Positions 8,605 to 18,080 of a DNA stretch of 64,000 nucleotides are shown piece after piece; the stretch's first letter is position 1; every line of letters begins with the position of its first letter. The stretch spans positions 96,001 through 160,000 of the forward strand of contig JBPOGH010000010.1 in assembly GCA_051252135.1 (NCBI GenBank), given 5' to 3'. This DNA comes from Verrucomicrobiaceae bacterium. GTDB lineage: Bacteria; Verrucomicrobiota; Verrucomicrobiia; Verrucomicrobiales; Akkermansiaceae. A program made the translations under genes and the position numbers. Under the pieces are notes generated by a model that saw nothing but the letters and a program-made list of their open reading frames with translations, ran no database searches and was not told the DNA's origin.

Positions 8605-10572
8605 ATGGGGGGATTTTCTTTTGATCGTGTTTTTGTGGTGGTTCATGGGATTGGGAAGCAGCAGCGGGGGGCGACGTTGAGGGGGGCGGTTCGGCAGGTG
8701 GGGAAGTTGTTTGTGGAGGATGAGGCGGGGGGATGGGAGGTGCCGGACCGGCCGTTGGGTTATTATTTCCAGGAGTGGGAGGATGCGAAGGCGCGGCATG
8801 GGGACGGGGAGAGTGTGCCGTGTCTGCCGATGGGGCCGAGCGGGCCTTTGGCGCGGGTGGGGATGTCGGAGGTTTTTTGGGCGGATATTCCTCAGGGGGT
8901 GGTGGATGAGGGGCGGACGATCGAGGAGACGAAATCGTGGGGAGAGACGGTGATTCAGCGGTTGCTTTGCCGGTATTTCAGGGAGAACGGCGGGAAAGAG
9001 GAGAAGGGGAAGGAGGTGGATTTTACGTTGGCTTCCGAGGTGCTGGATGAGGTAATCGATTCGGTGCACATTCTGGAGAAGCTGGCGCAGCATGCGAAGT
9101 TTCTGAATCTGCCGAAGGTGGAGACGCAGGCGATTCTTGATGAGTTTTTGGGGGATGTGCAGATTGTGACGGAGTTCCGAAATTATCGGACGCAGATTGT
9201 GGATCGTTTTCTGAGGGCGGTGGATCAGGCGCATCGGGATCATCCGGGGGCGGAGATTCACATTGTGTCTCACAGTGAGGGGACGGTGGTGAGTTTTCTG
9301 GGCTTGCTGCTGGGCTTGGCGGGGCGGGAGCCGGAGCAGCTGGCATCGCAGTGCGAGATTGATGAGGAGGGGTTGGAGGCGAGTCTGGTGAGGGCGCAGG
9401 AGAAGGAATCGGAGTGGGTGGGTCAGGTGCGGACGTTTCTGACTCTGGGGTCGCCGCTGGACAAGCATCTGACCTTGTGGCCGGACTTGTTTGCGCAGCT
9501 GGACTTTGAGGAGTTTTCGTGGGGAGGGGCGCCGCGGATTCGCTGGATGAATTGTTATGATTACGGGGATCCGATTGGGTTCCGGTTGAACCAGATGCAG
9601 GATTGGCTGGAGGGGACCTTTGGGGCGGAGAATCCTTTTGAGCGAATTGAGGAACACGGGTTCTCGCGTTATTTGTTCCCGGGGGTGGCGCACGTGAATT
9701 ACTGGGGGGATGAGGAGTTGTTTCAATACTACGTGAACTTTTTGGAGCGTGATCCGGCAGCGGTGGGATCGGAGGGTGAGGTGCCGCGACTGGGTCCGGC
9801 GAAGAAGGAGGGGCGTTTGCCGAACAAGAAGATGGTGAAGGTGTTGAGTCCGATTCTGCCTTTTACGCTGAGCTTTGTGCTCTTTGGGTTGGCGGTAGGG
9901 GCGATCTACTTTGGGATCGCGAGTATCTTTGGTTCGATCGACGGGGATTTGGTGCTTGGGAGCTATGAGCACATCCACAAGGTGTCGGGGAGGTTTTGGG
10001 GGAGTTTTTTGCTGATTGTGGGGGCGACGGTGTCTTTTCGGATTCCGCGGATTTGCCGGGGGAGGGGTTGGTTGGTGTTCTCGGCGGCGTGCTTTGGGGT
10101 GGGGGCGTGGGCTTATTGGTATTTGGTGGACCTTGATTTCAGGGCGCTCTTTGGAGGAGCTTTTGGAGATCACCACACCTTGGGGGTGATTCTTTGTGCG
10201 CTGCTGGTGTCGGTGATCGGGATGTCATCGTCGAAGCGGATGAAGCTATCCGAGCAGCGGAGGCGGGGAGTGGATACGCGGAAGCATCGCAAGTTGCTCA
10301 ACGGGATGAAGCCGGCGCTGGGGGCGGGGTTGGTGGTGATCTTGGGATTGGCGGTGTTTATGACGACGAGTGAGAAGGTGGAGGCGACGCTGGAACTGGC
10401 GACGGTGGTGCGGTTTCTGACGGGGGCGGTCTTTTTCTTTTACCTGTGGTGGCTGGCGGCCTTGTTTTTTGACCTGAGCCTGGTGTGGAATCGGTATGTG
10501 CGGCAGGATATCACAGCCGATCTGCGGACCTGGGGGGGAAGTCTGAGGGAGAAGATTGGGCGGTTGAAATGA
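8605..10572 (+). CDS. Alpha/beta-hydrolase-like domain fused to a multi-pass membrane domain
   Basis: VVVHGIG, IVSHSEG, TLGSPLD, AHVNYW motifs; about 6-7 C-terminal hydrophobic helices. Confidence 0.65.
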   Translation: MGGFSFDRVFVVVHGIGKQQRGATLRGAVRQVGKLFVEDEAGGWEVPDRPLGYYFQEWEDAKARHGDGESVPCLPMGPSGPLARVGMSEVFWADIPQGVVDEGRTIEETKSWGETVIQRLLCRYFRENGGKEEKGKEVDFTLASEVLDEVIDSVHILEKLAQHAKFLNLPKVETQAILDEFLGDVQIVTEFRNYRTQIVDRFLRAVDQAHRDHPGAEIHIVSHSEGTVVSFLGLLLGLAGREPEQLASQCEIDEEGLEASLVRAQEKESEWVGQVRTFLTLGSPLDKHLTLWPDLFAQLDFEEFSWGGAPRIRWMNCYDYGDPIGFRLNQMQDWLEGTFGAENPFERIEEHGFSRYLFPGVAHVNYWGDEELFQYYVNFLERDPAAVGSEGEVPRLGPAKKEGRLPNKKMVKVLSPILPFTLSFVLFGLAVGAIYFGIASIFGSIDGDLVLGSYEHIHKVSGRFWGSFLLIVGATVSFRIPRICRGRGWLVFSAACFGVGAWAYWYLVDLDFRALFGGAFGDHHTLGVILCALLVSVIGMSSSKRMKLSEQRRRGVDTRKHRKLLNGMKPALGAGLVVILGLAVFMTTSEKVEATLELATVVRFLTGAVFFFYLWWLAALFFDLSLVWNRYVRQDITADLRTWGGSLREKIGRLK

Positions 10573-10627
10573 GGGAGGTTTGATGGTGTGGGCTTGCGCG
10601 GAGGGAGGAGTTGGTTAGTTTCCCCGC

Positions 10628-11722
10628 ATGTCGATTGAGAGTGCTGCGAATCAGTGGGTTTGTGATTTGGTTGCTTATGAGCCGGGGAAGCCGATTGAGG
10701 AGACGGCGCGGGAGTTGGGGCTGAAGCCGGAGGAGATCATCAAGCTGGCGAGTAACGAGAATCCGCTGGGGCCGTCGCCGAAGGCGCAGGAGGCGATGCG
10801 GGCGGAGATTGCGAAGGCGCATCTTTATCCTGACGGGGGAGGTTACAAATTACGGACGGCGTTGGCTGAGAAGCACGGGGTGGCGTTTGGGAATGTGGTG
10901 TTGGGGAACGGATCGAATGAGATCATTGAGTTGATGTGCCACAGTTTTTTGAAGCCGGGAGTGGCTCTGATTGCGGCGGAGCACGCCTTTGTGGTCTACA
11001 AGCTGATGGCGACGCTCTTTGGGGCGGATTATGTGGAAGTGCCGGACCCGGGGTTTGTGCATGACCTTGAGGCGATGGCGGATGCGATCACGGATGAGAC
11101 GCGTCTGGTGTTTATTGCGAATCCGAACAATCCGACGGGGACCTTGGTGGGGCAGGAGGAGATTGATCGTTTTGTGGAGCGGCTGCCGGATCATGTGGTG
11201 GCGGTTTTTGATGAGGCTTATTATGAATTTCTTCCGGATGCTCCGGATGCGATCAAGCATGTGAAGGCGGGGAAGAATGTGGTGGTGATGCGGACGTTCT
11301 CGAAGGCGCAGGGTCTCTCCGCGCTGCGGATTGGTTATGGTCTTGCTCCGGATTCGATTGCGGGATTGTTGAACCGGGCGCGGCAGCCGTTTAATGCGAA
11401 TGCGATTGCGCAAGCGGCGGCTCTGGCATCGATTCAGGATGAGGAGCACATTGCGGCGACGGTGGAGAATAACCGGATCGGGGTGGAGTTCTATGAGTCG
11501 GCCTTTGCGGAGCGGGGCTGGGAGTATGTGCCGAGTGTGGCGAACTTTGTGCTGGTGAAGGTGGGTGACGGGGATCGTGTTTTTGCCGAGTTGCTGAAGA
11601 AGGGGGTGATTGTGCGGGCGATGCGGGGCTACAAGCTGCCGGAGTGGGTGCGGATTTCGGTGGGGACGCCGGAGCAGAATGCGCGTTGTCTGGAAGAGCT
11701 GGATGTCCTGCTCACAAGTTGA
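10628..11722 (+). CDS. hisC: Histidinol-phosphate aminotransferase
   Basis: YEPGKP, KLASNENPLG, NPNNPTG, DEAY, RTFSKAQGL..LRIGY (PLP lysine). Confidence 0.95.
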   Translation: MSIESAANQWVCDLVAYEPGKPIEETARELGLKPEEIIKLASNENPLGPSPKAQEAMRAEIAKAHLYPDGGGYKLRTALAEKHGVAFGNVVLGNGSNEIIELMCHSFLKPGVALIAAEHAFVVYKLMATLFGADYVEVPDPGFVHDLEAMADAITDETRLVFIANPNNPTGTLVGQEEIDRFVERLPDHVVAVFDEAYYEFLPDAPDAIKHVKAGKNVVVMRTFSKAQGLSALRIGYGLAPDSIAGLLNRARQPFNANAIAQAAALASIQDEEHIAATVENNRIGVEFYESAFAERGWEYVPSVANFVLVKVGDGDRVFAELLKKGVIVRAMRGYKLPEWVRISVGTPEQNARCLEELDVLLTS

Positions 11723-11756
11723 CAGGGGCCATTTAATTCAGTTTACTTAATCAATC

Positions 11757-13007
11757 ATGAGTGCGGACCCCGGACAGCGGCAATTTCAATGTGAGCATTG
11801 CCAAGGCTTGATCACGATTCCGGCGAATCTTCCGCCGACGACGGCGCCTTGTCCGATGTGCGGGCAGCCGACGACGTCACCGGGGCCCGAGCAGGCGCCG
11901 AAACCGCAGCAGCAGTCTCCGATTCAGCCTTCGCAAGGGCAATCTCCAGCGCCGGTGCAGCAGGCAGTGCGACCGGTTGAGCAGCGTTCCTCGGGGCCTG
12001 CGCCCGCGAAAAAGGGAGGAGCCGGTGTTTTGTGGGCTTTGGCAGGCTTGACCTGTCTGGGGTTATTGGCGGGTGCGGCTTACATGTATAAGCAGTACCG
12101 GATTCCGACGAGCAGCGGGAACAACCCGCCACTTGGACCGACGAGTGGTCAAGGGCCGGTTGGTTCGGGGTCGGGTATTCCGGGGGCCAGTGTCGAGGAG
12201 GCCAAGGCAACGGCGGAGGCGGCGGGAGTGCTGCGAGGATTTTTCGAAGCGACGACGGCCGAAGAAAAGGCGAAGTATGTCATCGGCGGGGCGTCCCGGG
12301 TGGGAGATATTCGTGATTTTTACGGGCCGGACGGATTGCAGGAAACGTCACTGGAGGTGGATGGGTTTACGTCTTTCCCGATGGATGAGTCGGACAGGGA
12401 GCGGGGGATTTTCCTGATGGATTACTATCGTCCGCGACAGTTTCAGTTTGATCAATTCTTCCGGCCCATCGCGACGATGGAGATCCAGATGCAGGTTGAG
12501 GCTCCGGGGATTCACATTTGGCCGGGTGCCTTGACGGACAACTTTGAAATGGATTCGCAGCGGGTGCGGGCATTCTTCAAGAAGATCGACGGAGAATATA
12601 AGTTGGATTGGGATACCCTGGTGCAAACGCAGTTTCGGCTGTTGAGAGATTTTTATACCTATCCGGTTCCGGGGCGGACGGGTGAGTTCCGGGTGTTTGT
12701 GGTGGAGGATGTCACGACGACGCTTAAGAAGTCGGACGACGTGCGGGTGTATCGTCTGGCAGATGCGGCGCATCTCGAAGATGATCAAGTGACGGTGGAA
12801 GTGGAGAAATCCTCAACGGTGGGTCAGTTGCTGGAGCCATTTGCATGGACCAACAAGGAAGGGAAAGCGATCAGCGGCACGACGGCGACGGTGAAGCTGA
12901 GGTGGACCGAAGAGGAGGAACCGCGGGTGGTTCTGGATGAGATCGTTTGTTGGGAGTTTCTTGGAGTGGGCGGTGAACGCGGCAATACGAGTGTCCCCCG
13001 CAACTAG
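11757..13007 (+). CDS. Zn-ribbon single-pass membrane protein of unknown function
   Basis: CEHC...CPMC, Pro/Gln-rich linker, one TM helix, C-terminal globular domain. Confidence 0.7.
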   Translation: MSADPGQRQFQCEHCQGLITIPANLPPTTAPCPMCGQPTTSPGPEQAPKPQQQSPIQPSQGQSPAPVQQAVRPVEQRSSGPAPAKKGGAGVLWALAGLTCLGLLAGAAYMYKQYRIPTSSGNNPPLGPTSGQGPVGSGSGIPGASVEEAKATAEAAGVLRGFFEATTAEEKAKYVIGGASRVGDIRDFYGPDGLQETSLEVDGFTSFPMDESDRERGIFLMDYYRPRQFQFDQFFRPIATMEIQMQVEAPGIHIWPGALTDNFEMDSQRVRAFFKKIDGEYKLDWDTLVQTQFRLLRDFYTYPVPGRTGEFRVFVVEDVTTTLKKSDDVRVYRLADAAHLEDDQVTVEVEKSSTVGQLLEPFAWTNKEGKAISGTTATVKLRWTEEEEPRVVLDEIVCWEFLGVGGERGNTSVPRN

Positions 13008-13013
13008 GGAGCG

Positions 13014-14348
13014 ATGTCAGTTTCGGAAACGATTGTAGCGATTGCGAGTCCACCGGGGACGGGCGCGGTATCGTTGATCCGGGTGTCGGGTCCCGAGGCG
13101 CATGAGCTGGCGAAGGCAGTGATCGGCGGGCGGAGTTTGCCCAAGATTCGGCAAGTGGGGCTGCGACGGATTCAGGATGGCGGCGGACTGGTGATTGATG
13201 AGGGGTTGATGGTATGTTTTGAGGGACCGGCAAGTTATACGGGTGAGGATTTGGTGGAATTTACAGGGCATGGCGGGGTGGTGGTGACGAGGCGGGTGCT
13301 GGAGCGATTTGTGGAATTGGGTGGGCGGCCCGCGGATCCGGGGGAGTTTACGCAGCGGGCATTTATCAATGGCCGGATGGACCTGACGCAAGCGGAGGCG
13401 GTGATGGATTTGATTTCGGCGCAGACCTCGCTGGCGCTGCGCTCGGCGACCGAGCAGCTGGAAGGTCGGCTGGGGAGGACTTGCGAGGAGATTCGGGCGG
13501 AGTTGCTGGGAGCGACGGCGCACCTGGAGGCTTACATTGATTTTCCGGAGGAGGACATTGATCCGGCGGTGGGGGATTCATTGAAGGCCAAGTTGGTGGT
13601 GCAGGGGGAGCGGATTGAGACTCTTTTGGCGACCGCTGATCAGGGGCGGATTTTGAGGGAAGGGGTGCGGACGGTGATTTACGGGAAGCCGAATGTGGGG
13701 AAGTCGTCCTTGTTGAATCGTCTTTTGGGATACAAGCGGGCGATTGTGAGTGCGATTGAAGGAACGACGCGGGACACGATTGAGGAGGTGGTGAACGTGA
13801 GGGGGATTCCGTTACGGCTGGTGGATACGGCGGGGGTGCGAGAGTCGTCGGACGAGATTGAGAAGACGGGAATCGAGATGACGCACGCGCAGGTGTCGCG
13901 GGCGGATTTGATTTTGGAAGTGGTTGACCTGTCGCGGCCTCCGGAGGCGGGATCGCTGGAGGTGCCGGAGGGGGTGAAGCATCTGACGATTTACAATAAG
14001 TCTGACGAGGAGGATGCGGGTTGGCAGGGGATTGAGGGGGTGAGGATTTCGTGTGAGACGGGCGAGGGATTTTCGGATTTGGAGGAGGAGATTGCGCGTT
14101 TGCTTTGTTTGGATGAGACGCAGTGGGGCGATCATTCGGTGGCGGTGAATGCGAGGCATCAATCGTGTCTGATGCGGGCGCGGAGGTCGCTGGAAGCCGC
14201 GATTTCCTCGATGGAGGAGGACGAGGCGCCGGAGTTGACGGCCTTGAGCTTACGGGAGGCGCTGGTGGCGGTGGGGGAGATTGCGGGGGTGGTGGATACG
14301 GAGGAGATTTTGGGGGAGATTTTCGGGAACTTTTGCATCGGGAAGTAG
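13014..14348 (+). CDS. mnmE: tRNA modification GTPase MnmE
   Basis: TIVAIASPPG, GKPNVGKSS, GTTRD, DTAG, C-terminal FCIGK. Confidence 0.98.
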   Translation: MSVSETIVAIASPPGTGAVSLIRVSGPEAHELAKAVIGGRSLPKIRQVGLRRIQDGGGLVIDEGLMVCFEGPASYTGEDLVEFTGHGGVVVTRRVLERFVELGGRPADPGEFTQRAFINGRMDLTQAEAVMDLISAQTSLALRSATEQLEGRLGRTCEEIRAELLGATAHLEAYIDFPEEDIDPAVGDSLKAKLVVQGERIETLLATADQGRILREGVRTVIYGKPNVGKSSLLNRLLGYKRAIVSAIEGTTRDTIEEVVNVRGIPLRLVDTAGVRESSDEIEKTGIEMTHAQVSRADLILEVVDLSRPPEAGSLEVPEGVKHLTIYNKSDEEDAGWQGIEGVRISCETGEGFSDLEEEIARLLCLDETQWGDHSVAVNARHQSCLMRARRSLEAAISSMEEDEAPELTALSLREALVAVGEIAGVVDTEEILGEIFGNFCIGK

Positions 14349-14373
14349 GGTTGTTTGCCCCAGGATGGCGGGC

Positions 14374-15081
14374 ATGGCCAAGACGATTGTCATTCTCACG
14401 GGAGCCGGGATTTCGGCGGAGTCGGGTATTCAGACATTTCGTGGTGACGGGGGATTGTGGGAGGGGCATCGGGTGGAAGATGTGGCGACTCCGGAGGGGT
14501 TTGCGCGGAATCCGGAACTGGTGCAGCGATTCTACAATGAGCGACGGCGGAAGTTGCTCTCGGGGATTGAGCCGAATGAGGGGCATCGAGCGTTGGCGCG
14601 GCTGGAGGAAGAGTTTGAGGGTGAGGTGGTGTTGATTACCCAGAATATTGATAACCTGCACGAGCGTGGGGGGAGCCGGGAAGTGCTGCACATGCATGGG
14701 GAGTTGCTGCGGGCGCGGTGTGTGGATTGCGGGGAGGATTTTGAGATTCTGGAGGACCTGGGGAAGGAGACGGAGTGTCCGCTTTGTGAGGGGAAGGGGA
14801 CGAGTCGGCCGGATATTGTGTGGTTTGGGGAGATGCCCTATCACATGGGGCGGATTGAAAAGTCGCTATCGCGGGCGGATGTTTTCGTGGCGATCGGGAC
14901 GTCGGGGCGGGTGTATCCGGCGGCGGGATTTTGTGATTTGGCGCGGTATGCGGGGGCGGAGACGATTGAAGTGAATCTGGAGGCGACCGAGGGGACGGCG
15001 GGATTTCTGAGGGTTTTGGAGGGGAAGGCAGGGGAGTTGCTTCCGGAATTGGTGGATGAACTGCTTGGGAAGCGTCCTTGA
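14374..15081 (+). CDS. cobB: NAD-dependent protein deacylase (sirtuin)
   Basis: LTGAGISAESGIQTFR, TQNIDNLHERGG, HMHG, two CxxC, RPDIVWFGE, GTSG.VYPAA. Confidence 0.93.
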   Translation: MAKTIVILTGAGISAESGIQTFRGDGGLWEGHRVEDVATPEGFARNPELVQRFYNERRRKLLSGIEPNEGHRALARLEEEFEGEVVLITQNIDNLHERGGSREVLHMHGELLRARCVDCGEDFEILEDLGKETECPLCEGKGTSRPDIVWFGEMPYHMGRIEKSLSRADVFVAIGTSGRVYPAAGFCDLARYAGAETIEVNLEATEGTAGFLRVLEGKAGELLPELVDELLGKRP

Positions 15082-15114
15082 TCCCGCGTCAAAATAGGAG
15101 ATTGTTGGTGCACA

Positions 15115-17712
15115 ATGAAACGGTTCACTTTTTTGGCACTTTTGATCGTCCTCGGATTTTTGCGGGCGGATGAGAAGGCAAAGCCCCCTGTGAAGATGAC
15201 CTTGCCCGAGTTACGGGAGGCATTGGGTTCCGAGGACTTTAAGGTCCGGGATCAGGCGAATGAGCAGATTTGGGGAATGGGGGATGAGGCGTTGGTGTTT
15301 TTGGCGGAGCTGCAAAACGGGGATGACCCGGAATTGGCGGCACGGGCCGAGCGGCTGCGCCGGAAGATTCGGGTGGGGATTGGGCCGGAGACCCCGGCGG
15401 AGTTGGCGGCGGAGCTGGAGCTTTATGGTCTGACAAACGAGGAGAATACCAAGAAGCGGATCATCAGGTATCTGACGGACAACGATTTTTACGAGTATCT
15501 GCTTCGGCTGAGATCGTTGGAAGCGGACGAGAAGATTCAGGAGTATCTGGATGAGACGATCACGAGGGTTCTTCCGAGTATGTTGCGGAAGCATTTGATT
15601 GCCGGGGAGACCGAGCAGGCCCGGGTGTTGCTAAAGATCGGAAGTGATTTCACGAGTATGATTCGTTATGGGAGTTTCCTGCAACAGGAGGGGGAACTTG
15701 ATGCGGAAATTGAGCTGCTCAAGGATACGGGCGATGAGGAATTGCAGGCGCGTTATCTCGCGTATTTGAGAGTCAAAGGTGATCTTCCGGTGCTTCGGAG
15801 TGAAGCGGCGAGATTGGGTGATGAGCTTACCGAGGCAACGGCGGCGTTGCTTATGGGCGACTACCTTCCGCTTGTTCGGTATCAACTGAAGAATAAGAAT
15901 CATTCGTTGGTGAATCAGATTTACTTGAAATGGTTACTGGCTCGAAGCGAGGGAGACACGGGAAGAATGGAGCGATTGGTGTCCTCGCTGAAGACGCAGG
16001 CTGTGGGCGGGGCTGATGAGCTGCAGGCGCGGGCGAACCTTTACCGGATGGGATTGGCCGGGGTTGCGAAGGAGACGATTGCCGAAGATGATTGGGCGAC
16101 GCTGCGATTCCATTATCAGCTGATGGACCGGTATGAGGACGATCTTGAGACGATGGGGCTGAAGGTGGGAGAGTCCGTGCCTGAGAAATGGCTCGCGGAG
16201 AAAAAGGAGGCGATGCTTTTGAATTTCCGGCAGGATCAGGAAGGAGGGGAGCCGCTGAATTATCTTTTTCAGGCGGGGAGATTTTACGAAAACCGTGGGG
16301 AGATTGAGAAATCGGCCGCGATCTTCAAGGTGTTTTTCGACGGCCTCCGGAAGATTAAGGACGAGGAGCGGGTGGGGTGGTCGGAGAGTGTGATCTCGTT
16401 TTCGCCGCGGGGCGGGACGCGTGCGATTGCGAGGGAAGTGGATGAATTTGATCTGAACATCGGGGAATTTGTCGCGGAGGTCTATGGTTCGGAGGGCCAT
16501 GCGTTGTGGCTTTATAATCTGATCAAAGAGGAGGAGCCGGGGATTGGGTCGTTGAAAATGCTTCAGCTGATGTCGTCATTTTTTGGAGTGTTGGATGTGC
16601 CGCTCAAGGAGTTCGAGCTGTGGAATGAGCGAATCAAGACCGTGGCGATGGAGGCGTGGAAGAAAGGGGAGCCGAAGGCGATGGGTTATTTGTTATCGCT
16701 TTGGCAGGACTTCGGGCGGGCTTCCCAGCTTTGGGAGATTTATGAAATCGAGGGGGTGTTGAAAGGGGAGGAATACCGGAAAGCCTATCTGGCGGTGCAG
16801 ATGGGGAAACGGGAGGTGGCGTTTGATTTGTATCGGGAGATGAAGGTTGATCCGGCCAGGACCTCACCGGGATATCTTTATTTGAAAGGCCTGGCGATCC
16901 GGGCAGGTGGCGATGAGGATGCGGCGGGGGAGCTGCTGGAGCAGGCGCACTGTTTTGGGTTGGGTGATTCTTCGTTCCTCCGGTCGATTGCCTTCTATCA
17001 TGAGAACTACGGTGAGTCTGTTGAGTCCTATGAGTTGATGAAGAAGGCATTTCTCAGATCGGAGAAGGCGGTGCTGGAGACCGATTATTCCTCCTCCAAT
17101 TTGGTTTATCTGATGGGGGAGCGTCTGCTTGCGGCGAGGAAATGGAAGGAAGCGGCGGCAATGCTGGAGGCGGCGGCGATTGCTTCGATGAGCAGTAGTC
17201 CGGTGGCGCAGTTGCGTGCGCGGTTGAAGGCGGACTGTGCCCACGGGATGCTGGCTTTTGAGGAAGGTCGTCCGGAAGAGGGGCGCAAATGGATTGAGGA
17301 GGCGCATGCGAACTATCCGGTGGGAGGTTCGCTGGCTGATGAGTTTTTCCCGGCGATGCGGGAGGCGGGTCTGATTGATCTGCATGACCGGCTGTGTCAG
17401 AAGACCCTTGAGATTCTTCGTAAGAACGTGCGGGACTTTCCGCTGGATGCTTCGAGTAAGAATTCCTTCGCCTGGGTGGCCTCGCGGGCGAACCGGAATC
17501 TGGAGGAGGCGGAGGAGATGATGAAGGAGGCGCTTGAGCTGGATCCGACCTCGGCAGCGATGCTGGACACGATGGGAGAGGTTCAATTTGCGTTGGGCCG
17601 GAGGGAAGAGGCGGTGAAATGGAGCCTTCGCTCGGTGGATCAAGCGGTGTCGGAGGTGGCGATCCGGAACCAGCTTCGGCGGTTCCGGACGGGTGAGTTC
17701 CCGAAAGATTGA
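15115..17712 (+). CDS. Exported TPR/HEAT-like repeat protein
   Basis: Signal peptide, helical repeats, C-terminal TPRs (NSFAW...A..ALELDP..AAMLDTMGEV). Confidence 0.75.
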   Translation: MKRFTFLALLIVLGFLRADEKAKPPVKMTLPELREALGSEDFKVRDQANEQIWGMGDEALVFLAELQNGDDPELAARAERLRRKIRVGIGPETPAELAAELELYGLTNEENTKKRIIRYLTDNDFYEYLLRLRSLEADEKIQEYLDETITRVLPSMLRKHLIAGETEQARVLLKIGSDFTSMIRYGSFLQQEGELDAEIELLKDTGDEELQARYLAYLRVKGDLPVLRSEAARLGDELTEATAALLMGDYLPLVRYQLKNKNHSLVNQIYLKWLLARSEGDTGRMERLVSSLKTQAVGGADELQARANLYRMGLAGVAKETIAEDDWATLRFHYQLMDRYEDDLETMGLKVGESVPEKWLAEKKEAMLLNFRQDQEGGEPLNYLFQAGRFYENRGEIEKSAAIFKVFFDGLRKIKDEERVGWSESVISFSPRGGTRAIAREVDEFDLNIGEFVAEVYGSEGHALWLYNLIKEEEPGIGSLKMLQLMSSFFGVLDVPLKEFELWNERIKTVAMEAWKKGEPKAMGYLLSLWQDFGRASQLWEIYEIEGVLKGEEYRKAYLAVQMGKREVAFDLYREMKVDPARTSPGYLYLKGLAIRAGGDEDAAGELLEQAHCFGLGDSSFLRSIAFYHENYGESVESYELMKKAFLRSEKAVLETDYSSSNLVYLMGERLLAARKWKEAAAMLEAAAIASMSSSPVAQLRARLKADCAHGMLAFEEGRPEEGRKWIEEAHANYPVGGSLADEFFPAMREAGLIDLHDRLCQKTLEILRKNVRDFPLDASSKNSFAWVASRANRNLEEAEEMMKEALELDPTSAAMLDTMGEVQFALGRREEAVKWSLRSVDQAVSEVAIRNQLRRFRTGEFPKD

Positions 17713-17725
17713 AATCCGGGCAAGT

Positions 17726-17756
17726 AAAAACCCGCTCCTTGAGAGAGCGGGTTTTT
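17726..17756. terminator. Bidirectional intrinsic terminator
   Basis: AAAAACCCGCTC-N7-GAGCGGGTTTTT. Confidence 0.85.
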
Positions 17757-17759
17757 GAA

Positions 17760-17931
17760 TATCCACTTCGCCGTCCATGGCGCATGAGCCGCATTCCCGA
17801 GACTCAATAGGTTGGGGACTTCCATCAACCCGCTGTCTTCCAGTGAAGGCATGACATTGGGTCTCCGGGGCTGCCCCCATTTGTTTTATTATCGGGTCGG
17901 CTGATCAACCATTTTCGGCGAACGAAGCAGA
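17760..17931 (-). ncRNA. ssrS: Probable 6S RNA
   Basis: About 170-nt rod: TTCGCCG/CGGCGAA, ATGG/CCAT, AGCCG/CGGCT and CCCGA/TCGGG stems, A-rich central bubble (TAATAAAACAAA vs AACCTATTGAGTC), GGGG/CCCC inner stem; has its own promoter and terminator. Confidence 0.72.
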
Positions 17932-17937
17932 CGGCCG

Positions 17938-17966
17938 AGAGTAAGCACGGAGATGGAGGCAGGCAA
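17938..17966 (-). promoter_or_regulatory. Sigma70-type promoter of the ncRNA
   Basis: Minus strand TTGCCT-17 nt-TACTCT. Confidence 0.65.
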
Positions 17967-18080
17967 CTCGATTTGCGTCTTTTTGGAGAAATTGTCCCAC
18001 AAACGGGAGAACGGGGGAGGGGCTTGAAATTCCACAGACAGAACTTCCCACTTCGTGCGTTTTGTTAATACTCCACACAC

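Noticed and set aside
8347..10176. Long Pro/Arg/His-rich antisense ORFs (also 13366-14844, 42916-43839, 49153-50592, 53929-55293 and others)
   Set aside because: Shadow frames of well-supported genes, caused by high GC and strand skew; they carry no motifs.
14374..15081. Sirtuin as a Thoeris/DSR-type defence NADase
   Set aside because: It has the canonical Zn-binding CobB deacylase motifs and length, and a housekeeping context.
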